A stretch of 62,049 nucleotides of DNA, counting the filler, from Choristocarpus tenellus KU-1152 (lineage: Eukaryota > Protista > Phaeophyceae), in the NCBI GenBank assembly GCA_964200185.2. It is 15 parts of 15 records of this genome, joined end to end, with 100 filler letters (N's around TTAATTAATTAA, not from the genome) between each part and the next. Parts side by side here need not be neighbours in the genome. Positions count along the whole stretch, not along the records: positions 51,246 to 54,153 come from CAXNAD020023733.1; positions 54,254 to 58,436 come from CAXNAD020015810.1; positions 58,537 to 62,049 come from CAXNAD020019524.1; 12 more parts are not named here. One strand, given 5' to 3'. A program made the translations under genes and the position numbers. Positions 51,625 to 62,049 of the stretch are shown piece by piece; within the stretch, counting starts at the first letter, position 1, and each line of letters begins with the position of its first letter. The notes beneath the pieces are model-generated. The model was not told where the DNA came from, ran no database searches, and saw only the letters and a list, made by a program, of their open reading frames with translations.

Positions 51625-51804
51625 GGCCCAGATTTTCTGGGAGGGGGGGGGGGTCTACACCAGGGTTTCCATTTGAACCAAAATCAGGAAATGTACATTT
51701 ACAATATCCATCCCCGACGTATGCAACCAAATCACCCTAAAATCGCGACATGAAAAATTGACCCCAAATAGAAAATCGCCACCCCCTCCAAGGTACTTTG
51801 AGCC
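51625..51804. mobile_element. MITE family B, complete (180 bp), TSD AAAT
   Basis: aaat-GGCCCAGATTTTCTGGG…GGTACTTTGAGCC-aaat. Confidence 0.88.
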
Positions 51805-51869
51805 AAATTCAACAACACGGAAATTAAGTATCAGGAAGTATCTTGTGATAGGTCACTTAACCCCAATCT

Positions 51870-54153
51870 CACATCAGATACCAATTACTGTTAGTGCTCT
51901 AAATACGGATTCTGCTCCATTCAGTAAAGCTAGAGAGGAGTCACATCAAGCCTTCACCAAGTCAAAGGCATTCAAAGATACCACGTTTAATCAGTCACAA
52001 GTGTCTCAGCTCTTAGATCTCTGTGCTCGTTACAGATCGGTATTTTCGTTGAATACAGCAGAACTAGGCAGATGTACCCTAGCTGAAGCAGAAATCCCTA
52101 TAGAGCCTGGTATCAAACCTGTTGACAGGAACCCTTACAGAGCAAACCCCCGTACTCAACAAGTAGTTGACTCGTGTCTTAATACCATGGAAGAGCAAGG
52201 CATTATTGAAAAACGTGCCAGCCCTTGGGGTAGTCCTGTTACTATTGTGGCCAAATCTGATGGCTCCCCACGATTCTGTGTAGACTATAGGTCAACTGTT
52301 AACAAACACCTTGTTCGACAGTCTTGGCCTATGCCTGATATAGAGTCTCACATTGATACTGTTGGGGATACCAAATTTATCACCGTTTGTGATATTCAGA
52401 GTGCATATTGGCAAATTCCTGTTGCTGAGGATGACATTGATAAAACCGCTTTTGTCACGTCCAGAGGCAAATACGTTTTTAAGAGGATGCCCTTTGGTAT
52501 ATCAAATGCTCCTTGGCAATTTCAAAGAATCATGTCCTTAGCCTTTGCCAATTTTGGTCCATTGAGTGGGTTGCTAGTTTACATGGATGATCTGATTGCT
52601 TGTTCTCCCACATGGGAAGGACATATACACTTACTAGAACAGCAGTTCAAAGCGTTACAAGCAGCGGGTTTAACTTTGAAACCGTCAAAGATCCAGTTTG
52701 GACCCAAAGAAGTACGTTACCTTGGTCACATTTTATCGTCTGAAGGGATTCATATCGGTGAGGATCATTTCCGTGCAATCACTGAATTACCCAAACCCAC
52801 CACCATCAAAGAACTTCGATCTGTCCTAGGTACGATTAATCTTGTGCGTAAATTCATACCCAACTTAGCCACAGTAATCGAACCGTTAGTTCTTCTCACT
52901 AAAAAAGGTGTCAATAAGAGAGTGGATAAAGAATGGGGATTAGACCAGGATGTGGCATTTTTTAAAGTGAACCAATTACTCACTGCCACCCCGGTTCTCG
53001 TGTTCCCTGACTTTACCAAAGAATTCATTGTCCATGTTGATGCCAGTGAGAGTGGTGCTGGAGGTTTTTTAGCACAACCTCGATCCGATAATCCTGCAGA
53101 CCTGGGTATCATTGCATACTTCAGCAAGAAATTTATAGAAGCTCAACGTCATCATTCAGCTACATTAAGAGAGTGTTATGCAGTCGTTACAGCCATCACT
53201 AATCGGCGACCCCGTATCTTTGGGGTAGACACTTTACCTACATCACAGATCATGCCGCATTGTGTTACTTGTATACAATGCAGGATACCAGTAACATGCT
53301 TACCCGTTGGGCTATTGCTCTTCAAGCTTATGATTTCACAGTCAAACATAAGCCCGGTAAGCTCAATGTTATACCTGATACTCTATCTCGTATTTTCAAG
53401 TTTGAGGAACAGGATAAATCCGTTGCTCCAATGCTGGCACACCAATCTGTCGTAATGTACCTGAAGGTAGTCGTGCATTTACCACACGTGTTCAAAAGGA
53501 ATATGAGTTATCTGCTTCTAACCTTGACCAAGCAACACCCGTCCAAAGTGATCGTGAACTATTTACTAGTTCCACTACTGTGTTTCCTTCAGTGGACCCG
53601 GAGCAATTGCGCAAGGAGCAGGAGTCCGAGTTCGGACCATATTTCAGGTATTTGCAGTCCCCCAACGTCGCCCCACTGCCTGATGAGGAATCCATGATGT
53701 CTACGTCGTATGTTTTCCTTCTTAACGACTTACTGTATCGTTCGTGTTTACCAGGTCATCTTCGTAAGAGGAGCACGTTTAGAGATCAGTTTGTCGTTCC
53801 TCACTCGTTAGTCCGTCTTGTACTCCATGCTTGTCATTACCATGCATTGTCTGGAGGTCGCTTAGGTTTCAAACCCACGTCCGATAAGATTATAGACTCG
53901 TATTGGTGGCCAATATTCAATATCGGCGCTCGTACATGGTGTCGTGATTGTCAAGCATGCCAAATACGTAAGACTGCTCATAAGAAGCCTACGCTGCCTA
54001 CTGGCCATATGCCCGTTGACAGACCCTTTCAACGTGTTGCTATTGATTTGGTAGAGTACAAAACACGTTCCCCAGCAGCAAATGGTGTCATGTGCTCGTA
54101 TGTGTTGTCTGCCATTGATCACCTCACTCGTTTTGTTGTGCTGAGCCCTATTC
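51870..54153 (+). mobile_element. pol: Ty3/Gypsy pol: RT, RNaseH and integrase N-terminus, with frameshifts near 53210 and 53440
   Basis: Motifs SPWGSPV, RFCVDYR, RMPFG, VYMDD, VHVDAS, HKPGKLNVIPDTLSR, integrase Zn-finger region CRDCQACQ and RVAIDL, in RT-RH-INT order. Confidence 0.95.
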
Positions 54154-54253
54154 NNNNNNNNNNNNNNNNNNNNNNNNNNNNNNNNNNNNNNNNNNNNTTA
54201 ATTAATTAANNNNNNNNNNNNNNNNNNNNNNNNNNNNNNNNNNNNNNNNNNNN

Positions 54254-54575
54254 TGAGGATCGCACGGGGCACATACCGACCGCCTGTGGCCTCATTGAAG
54301 TAGCAGTTGATGCGTTCGAGCTGAAGGTCTGAATCTCCGTGGTAGGAACCCGTAGGATCGATGCCGTGTTCGTCGGCGATGACTTCCCAGAACTTGGAGC
54401 CAATCTGAAAAACGGAGGGAATGGATCGTGACAGGATAACGGTGTCGACCTTGTCCGAAGAAGTATATTCTCTGAGGGCGATAAAATTTAAAATTGGGAT
54501 TGAGCACCTCATTATTTGTTTACCACTTGCCTGGTTACCACACTGTCCGGCCTGCACATGAACGATTTCCCTCAT
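54254..54575 (-). CDS. TUBB: Beta-tubulin, 5' part (exon 1 54575-54531, GC-AG intron 54530-54405, exon 2 from 54404, cut by the contig end)
   Basis: [15 protein letters not shown]|[19 protein letters not shown]…[10 protein letters not shown]. Confidence 0.95.
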
Positions 54576-55171
54576 TGTGGTGTTAGAAAATTGCTATATC
54601 CACAAAAAATCGACGATGAAGGGTGGATCTTCTTGAATTGATCCCGATTAGAGTCTTTCCCAAGAGAATGCAGCCTTAAGAGGAACCTAGTCTAAGGTTC
54701 GGCAATGGTGCAGTGTTGATGGTCTTCTTTGGAACTTCCGACTTATCTCCCGGTGGTTGTTGATAGAAGATGTTACAAATGGTGAGGTGGGGGTGAGGAT
54801 GGTATCCAAAGATGAAAATAATAATACGTTTTCCATCCAAAATTTAAAATTGTGGTGTTCATAATGTCCAACGGACTAGGTAGATGGTCAAATCATGAAA
54901 CGCGATTGAAACGTCTCCACGAAAAATGAATTTAGACCTACTTCACTATCTGATATATTATCAAATATTATCAAATATTATCGAAAATGTCATTCCACTT
55001 GAACGGTTTCGCAATAAACAAAATTGAATTTTTGACTTAGGTAGAGAGGGTCTAACAGAAACTACAACGGCTTTTCCTCCCCAAAGTGTCAAACCTCACT
55101 GCCCAAGTACACAGAAGGGTGAACGCCTTGCACAGGAATCTACAAAGTCAGCCCCTAACTACTTGTAGATC
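54576..55171. promoter_or_regulatory. 596-bp region between divergent beta-tubulin start codons (shared promoter and 5' UTRs)
   Basis: Head-to-head ATGs. Contains (ATATTATCAA)x3 at ~54955 and a possible 5'-UTR intron acceptor CTAAC..TTGTAG just before ATG 55172. Confidence 0.65.
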
Positions 55172-57667
55172 ATGAGGGAGATTGTGCACGTTCAGGCTGG
55201 ACAGTGTGGCAATCAGGTATTTTTTATAGTGGTTGGGGTTGGTTTATTTAGTGAAGCTGTGGATGTATAAGGAGGGAAAACAATTTTTCTAGTCCTCTCC
55301 ACGTCGGGTCTAACTCAGCCACTGGTGGCGTCACTATGTGTAGATTGTATGTCATAGTCATTATGTTCGAGTTGATCTCCAATCCATCATTCGTGAGAGT
55401 TGATTTCCCAATTTATCCTAACAAACTCCAACTCCCAATCATGTGGTATGATGGTCAAAGAAACCGCCTTCCCCGTACCTCCCTTAGCCTAGGTTCAGTT
55501 CGAACCTCTCAAGGTAGCAAGGAAGGCTCGCTCATAATTTTTTCCTTCTATACTCAACTCAAAGTTGCAGTTCATCACACAGTGCTTCAATGGGAGTTGT
55601 ATTCACGTGTCCTATCCTCCTGCCCTGTATTGCCGACAAAGGCCTCCAATATTTTCTTTGCTACAACATACTTTGAACTTAAGTTCGCGGACTTTCCTCT
55701 CTGGTCGTGAGATAAGCCCTCCTCCCACAGTCGGCGAATACGTTACATTTCCTAAGCAATTTTCACAATCGAGAGATCCACGCCGTCCTCCTTATGTCCG
55801 AAACCTCGCCACTCCCCCATAGGCGCTGATACAGCCTTGTACAACCTCTACATCCATGTACTCTTCCTCTATGAGAAATGTTGTTTGTTTCACAGCACCC
55901 TTTTTTTCAGCAGTCATGAAGTCCTAGTCCCCACCTTACCAGAGAACCTACGGGACCTTTTTCTTTTACCCACACGCAATCACTCAACCACCAATCGTAC
56001 CAGATCGGCTCCAAGTTCTGGGAAGTTATCTCCGACGAACACGGCATCGATCCTACGGGTTCCTACCACGGAGATTCAGACCTTCAGCTCGAACGCATCA
56101 ACTGCTACTTCAATGAGGCCACAGGCGGTCGGTATGTGCCCCGTGCGATCCTCATGGATCTTGAGCCCGGAACGATGGACTCTGTTCGAGCTGGTCCTTT
56201 CGGTCAGCTGTTCCGCCCTGACAACTTCGTATTTGGACAGACTGGTGCGGGAAACAACTGGGCCAAGGGCCACTACACAGAGGGGGCCGAGCTCATCGAC
56301 TCGGTTTTGGACGTGGTGCGCAAGGAGGCAGAGTCCTGCGACGCCCTCCAGGGATTCCAGCTCACACACTCCATGGGAGGAGGGACCGGAGCCGGAATGG
56401 GTACATTGCTCATCTCCAAGGTTCGCGAGGAGTATCCCGATCGTGTGATGTCCACATATTCAGTGATCCCATCGCCCAAGGTATCCGATACGGTGGTGGA
56501 ACCCTACAACGCCACTTTGTCTGTGCACCAGTTGGTGGAGAATGCCGATCAGTGCTTCACACTTGATAACGAGGCCCTCTACGATATCTGCTTCCGCACC
56601 CTCAAACTCACCACCCCCACCTACGGTGACCTCAACCACCTGGTGTCAGCTGCCATCTGTGGTACAACGTGCTCCCTGCGGTTCCCAGGTCAGCTGAACT
56701 GCGACCTGCGCAAGCTGGCAGTGAACATGGTGCCCTTCCCCCGTCTCCACTTCGTCATGATCGGCTTTGCCCCACTTACATCTCGAGGTTCCCAGCAATA
56801 CCGTGCCCTGACTGTTCCGGAGCTCACCCAACAGTGCTTCGACTCCAAGAACATGATGTGTGCGTCCGACCCGCGACATGGTCGTTACCTCACATGCGCT
56901 GTGATGTTCCGCGGTCGTATGTCCACCAAGGAGGTGGATGAGCAGGTAGGGTGTGTGGGAATGTGTAAATTATATGTGTGTGGGTGGTGCATGACCCATG
57001 TATGTCTTTCTTTCCTGAGGTAGATTTTGGGTTGGGATGCAGAGCTGTTGATTGTATTTTCGCAGTAGAATTTGGGGGTTTTGCATGACATCCCATCGTA
57101 CTGATGTTTTCCTGCCATGATCTGTGCAATATGTTTCATGCAGATGGTGTTGTATGCTTGTATGAATGGCGTAATTTTTCAGTCTAGCCTCTTGTTAAAG
57201 AACTCACACCACCCTACACCAACCACATATTTACCTCTTGAATGCTGTGTTGAATGGACACACACACACACACACTCACTGCACTTCCCATGTCTTGTGT
57301 GTTTGAGCAGATGCTCAATGTGGTGAACAAGAACTCTTCATACTTTGTGGAGTGGATTCCCAATAACGTTAAGGCGTCTATTTGTGACATCCCCCCCAAG
57401 GGACTCAAGATGTCCACCACATTTGTGGGGAACACCACTGCCATCCAGGAGGTGTGGAAGCGTGTGGCGGAGCAGTTCACAGCCATGTTCCGGCGAAAGG
57501 CTTTCCTTCACTGGTACACGGGTGAGGGTATGGACGAGATGGAGTTCACGGAGGCTGAGTCCAACATGAACGACCTGGTGTCCGAGTACCAGCAGTACCA
57601 GGACGCCACTGCAGAGGAGGAGGGAGAGTTCGATGAGGACGAGGAGCTCGATGACATGATGGGTTGA
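55172..57667 (+). CDS. TUBB: Beta-tubulin, complete, 447 aa (exons 55172-55216, 56004-56945, 57311-57667)
   Basis: MREI start, GGGTGAG motif and acidic tail [17 protein letters not shown], with GT-AG introns. Residues such as NADQCFTLD and AAICGTTCS resemble brown algal beta-tubulin. Confidence 0.98.
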
Positions 57668-58647
57668 TGTTATTGACGTTTTGACTAGTGTAAAATGTTG
57701 AATTGTTTCATGGTTGTACAGGTCACGTTTTGGAATGCTCCTCTCTTCCTGTTGTTCTTTTCTTGCCGCCCGCCTCCCCTGACCCTCCTGGCAAGGGGCG
57801 GGGATTCTCACACTGTCAACTGCTTGCAGGTCAGAAAACAGAGGATTGCTGAAGTAGATGAACCGTAGCGAGTGGGGGGGGGGGGGTACAGATTGTCAGC
57901 TTTTAGATATTTTCATTTGTCTTTAGGAGGCTCGTTTTTCTTTGACTAGGGGAGACGATGAGGGAGGGAGCGCAGGGCACGATATCTTTTCTTTTCTTTT
58001 CTTTTTGGTGTAATTTTTTTTTTCTTTTGGTCGTGCTGATTTATTTTTTTTATTCGGTGGATATGCCCTAATGCTGCTCACCCCTGGTTCGCCTCGTTGT
58101 GTTCCCCTTCTTCTGGCATCCGTGCAACTCTTACGTTGTGTGAAGTGCATGTGTAAGGGAGGGACAAAGAGGTATTTTGAGGGTTTTTGGAGTGTGTTAA
58201 GCTCTACTGGGGACTGGAAAAATTCTCAACGCGTGTGCATGCGTGTCGTCGTGCTGCATGCTGCATGCGGGGAAGACAAGCTTGACCTGATCATGTACAT
58301 TTTTTTTGTTTTGTTTTTTCGGGTTGGCTGTCCCATTTCCCCCGGCTCATGTGCTCCAATGTTTTCCCCCCCCCCCCCTCTCTCCCCCTTTCTTATGTTT
58401 ATCATAAAAAAAAAAAAAAAATAAATACAAAAGAACNNNNNNNNNNNNNNNNNNNNNNNNNNNNNNNNNNNNNNNNNNNNTTAATTAATTAANNNNNNNN
58501 NNNNNNNNNNNNNNNNNNNNNNNNNNNNNNNNNNNNATGAAATGAGTGGTAGGTGAAAGCAAAGAAAGCAGTCAGAAAATCAGGGGTACGAGACGAGGAG
58601 GGGAGAACTAATCCAGAATTCGTGAGCAAAACAAACAATAATATGAA

Positions 58648-59022
58648 TAGTTTTTGTTGATTTTTCCCCTGACACATCTGTAAAATCTCAAAGGGCACAA
58701 TAATAAAATAATATATCTCTTTGTCCCATTTCATTCCATGATCTCTAATACCAATCGATAACTGACCATACCTTTTTGGTTGAATCTGATGATTGGTCAG
58801 ACCATTCTCCTCTCCACTATAATATTTTATTATTTTTCCCTCTAACATTTTTGAGATGTGTCCAGAACAAAACCAATGAAAACTATTCATTTATCAGAAA
58901 AACCCCAATAAAGTAACAGTTGTCGAAAATGTGAAAGATATTATACGTGTGTATAGGTTTTATTGGTTTCCTCTCTGACACATCTCCAAAATGTGAGAGG
59001 GCATAATAGAAAAAATATATAT
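58648..59022. repeat. Three ~65-bp repeats in forward/reverse/forward orientation (~58650, ~58820-58885, ~58957)
   Basis: Core gacacatct..aaaat…agggca.aata and its reverse complement. Confidence 0.7.
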
Positions 59023-60438
59023 TATTCATTTTGCATTTACTTTTATCAGTTGCTAAACGCACCTTTCGACACAGATTACTAAAATAGTAAATAATTATAT
59101 TTTCTCGTGTAGTTCTACTGTAATACCATAAGTATATTATTCTGCTAATACTGTTCTTATTGTACTCATTCTATTTAACACCCACCCCATATCTAACTCC
59201 TAAATCATACATTAGTATTAGAGGTGAAGTTTTCAACACATTTCTACCCAGAAGATCAAGAGAAAGGTTGCTTAAGAGGAGAGGGTACTGCTTTTGAAAT
59301 GTCTGCACCACCTGGACAATGTTGAGCTTCGAAAGAACAACCTTGTCATGCTCATACGTCTCCTACAGTTGCCTATATATCTCAATGGCACTCTCAAACT
59401 CTTCAGTTGCGTGTTGTGTTTCGCTTCTAACAACCACGGTAATAGTGTTTGTGGTGATCCTTCCGGTCATACCTTAGGGTCTCTTCCTCGGTCTGCCCAG
59501 AACTGTCCCGAATAGACTTTAATCAGATTATACATCTTACTGCTCCTCGCTGTACATGAAGCACATCCCTTACAAGACCCCTGACTCTATGGACAAAGGG
59601 TTACCACCGCTGGGATGTGGTGGTACTTTTTCTGGTCGCCAAACTCGATGGTGCCGAGCCCCCTTGTGACAAGCTGTTTTCGATAAAATGATCCTCGAGG
59701 TTGTCGAACCACAGCATTGGAATGTGACCACCCTGTTCGGCGGAAATAAGACTGGACTGGTTAGGAAGGGTTTCTTGACCTTGTCTGCCTTCAGGAAGGA
59801 TCAAGATAAAGTTTAACAACCATGAGGAGGATCAAGAAACCCCTCCCAATCCATTCAGTCTCACTGTTGCTAAGTATGGTAGTCATATTCCTAAACCGTG
59901 GCTCAACAACTTCAAGAGCCACCTTCTCAACAGCAAGTACCTGGGGGTCAGACGCTGTCAAGGTTGTGCAATTTAACTTGGGAGGTAATGCTATTTATCA
60001 GTAGTGAAGACAAGGTGTGGAGCCTCACACGGTTCCCCATTGCTGAATGTGATTACATGGTTGAAATTAGAAGAGTGACCTTTGTGGGGTGTCTTCTCAT
60101 TGCTTATTTTATTATTATTTATGTTTCCTTACCTAAGTCAACGGTTATGTCAAAGTAGTTGAATGCAGAATAATAACCAATACTTAATCCCATTCATAAT
60201 CTGGACGTAACATCTCATTAGTTACATCTCTGATACACAAAATAAGGTACAGCTCACCATTGTCCTATTTTGCTCATTCCCCCATGAGAGTGCAAGCAAT
60301 GAAGAGTTGCTGGAACTCTCAAACCTAAAACATCTTATTCTGCACAAAGGTTGCAACCGAAAAAAGAGCCAAAGCAATTCACAGGCAGGGAATTTTGCAT
60401 TATTAGGATCCCCAGAAATGGCAAAAAGGAGACAGTTT

Positions 60439-60618
60439 GGCTCAACTTATCTGGGGGGGGAGGGGGGGGTCTACACCAGGGAGTCCATTCGGGACCTGAC
60501 CAGGAGAAGGGCAATTACATTATTCATCCGATGCATGCAACCAAATTCACCCAAAAATCGTGACAGGTAAAAATAGACCCTGAATGGACAGCCGCCACCC
60601 CCACAGATACTATGAGCC
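60439..60618. mobile_element. MITE family B, complete (180 bp), flanks GTTT/TTTT
   Basis: GGCTCAACTTATCTGGG…CAGATACTATGAGCC. Confidence 0.88.
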
Positions 60619-61507
60619 TTTTGTACAATTGTGGAAAGAGCACTTGCTGATTTGTGGTGTCAATTCGTTTATGGAAAGAGGAAATATCATTTACGTAGTT
60701 GTGCACATACATACACCAATGAAATAGGGTGTATTGAACAGGGTAGCAAAGATGACTTAGAATGCAAAAGGGCCCAAACTTGCCTTCCTCTCAATTACTC
60801 TGGCTAACGCTAAAGCTAGGGACAAAATAAGCGATCTGTCTACCAAGGCTCTAATGAGGGATGTGTTTGACACAAGCGAGGAACAAGAGGCATGGTTTGC
60901 TTGAGGCCTATTCAGGAGAATCATGGGCAGACTGAGGAAGAGACCTTGTGATATTTATTAACAGAAGGATCGTCACTAGCATTTCTTATCACTCTTGCAA
61001 GAAAGAATGTACAACAGAAGAGTTAAATATTATTTCCTTTGAGGTCTGTCAATGGACAACTGATGATCCTTCTTACAAAGCTCAACATTCTACTGGCGAC
61101 ATACAAGGATTTCAATAGGAGGACATTTAGTATTTCGAGATGGGCTTAATGGCTACACTCTCTCTGGATGGTATGTTTTCAATTTGTATTTCTAACCCCA
61201 TTTTTTCCCTATCTCTTGCTTTCCATTTTTCAGGTTTGAACAGATTTGCCAGATCACTTTATTCTGCACTTTCTGATCGCCACTTGGCACCGATTCCTCG
61301 GCATTTTTTTATTGTTCCTCCGTTTTCCTTTCTATTGTTTCGTATTATGTACTTGTGCTAAAGTTATACCCTTACCTTATTATTTTCCAAGCTATATGCC
61401 ACTGTGAGTTTTTGTTATTTCGGGGAGACTGATAAATCAACGTGGAGTATTACATTTACTACTCAGCAATGAGGGGATAGCTCCACACCATATTTCTGAA
61501 TGTCTAT

Positions 61508-61747
61508 CTACCCCTCCAGTTCCTTCATAACTTTCCATTGCAGTGCTAATCCGTGAGGCCACCAGCCCCTTCCTTGGTGCCAATCCCAATTTCCTCTCAT
61601 TTGTAACTTGGGTGAGTATATACTACACTGATCCCAACAGCTGGGTTCCTTGATCAGGGCTGTTAACCTTTGCTGTTCCAACATAATATGGAAGACAGTA
61701 CACTTGCTTTCAACAATCGCCATCCAGTAAACTATTAACTTCTTCAC
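61508..61747 (-). pseudogene. Possible C-terminal fragment of a LINE (RTE-like) ORF
   Basis: QQRLTAL…PKLQMRG…GRG..P…W..MKEL resembles the post-RT region of RTE-clade LINEs. Weak match. Confidence 0.25.
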
Positions 61748-61760
61748 AACTTCAAGAAAA

Positions 61761-61980
61761 GGCCCATAGTATTCTAGAGGGAGGATTATGCGTTCCTTTG
61801 GGGTCTGTGTGACCCTGTAGTTATTTTCATGTCATATGAGGGAACGTGTGAGATGTAAAATCAAATGCCTTCATCTGAACGCATCTTTCTTTTCTATCCC
61901 CCTTCCTGAACCAAATTTGAAGGAAAATCACCCGCAAAATGGGCATCAAACTGGGGTATCTTACAACACCCCCTCAAGAC
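61761..61980. mobile_element. MITE family C, right end missing
   Basis: The start GGCCCATAGTATTCTAGAGGG mirrors the right TIR at 45141-45161. Confidence 0.75.
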
Positions 61981-61992
61981 CAGAATACAACC

Positions 61993-62034
<42 letters not shown>

Positions 62035-62049
62035 CTCACCCACTCCCCA

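Larger units (their letters stand above)
6120..58536. other. 14 artificial 100-bp contig-joining spacers (N44-TTAATTAATTAA-N44) starting at 6120, 9594, 12960, 16191, 21300, 26356, 31656, 35543, 38490, 43601, 47761, 51146, 54154, 58437
   Basis: Every spacer has the same structure, and the 12-mer places stop codons in all six frames. Adjacency across spacers has no biological meaning. Confidence 0.98.

Noticed and set aside
51758-51870. N-terminus of the 565-aa ORF
   Set aside because: It starts inside a MITE and is not a real start. The Gypsy gag and protease are missing.
6120-58536. Regularly recurring TTAATTAATTAA palindrome and ORFs ending ..XXXLIN
   Set aside because: Artificial six-frame-stop linker inside N padding, not biological.

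Overview
This is eukaryotic, intron-rich, repeat-rich DNA, most likely from a brown alga or close relative (inferred from the beta-tubulin sequence). It is not one locus. It is 15 short, separately assembled contigs joined by 14 artificial 100-bp spacers (N44-TTAATTAATTAA-N44). Recognisable host genes are a head-to-head beta-tubulin pair (one complete, 447 aa), three VPS13 C-terminal exons, a 4-exon signal-peptide gene and several anonymous exons. The rest is mostly decayed mobile DNA: a chromodomain-bearing Ty3/Gypsy pol, a Ty1/Copia RT-RNaseH, an LTR family with a tRNA-Gln primer-binding site and a possible pogo relic. The most interesting item is a candidate DNA-transposon system. About 20 copies of three related MITE families share termini (5'-GRNYCAAAGTATCT-like) and a subterminal GTCCATTTGG motif, and make 4-bp variable TSDs. 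Alongside them lies a spliced, decayed gene whose motifs resemble the C-terminal half of a Sola2-type transposase extended by a Tudor-like domain, with a second diverged copy. Two MITEs sit exactly on that gene's predicted splice junctions with AG-containing TSDs, which is introner-like behaviour. Family assignments come from motif recognition by eye and need HMM searches.
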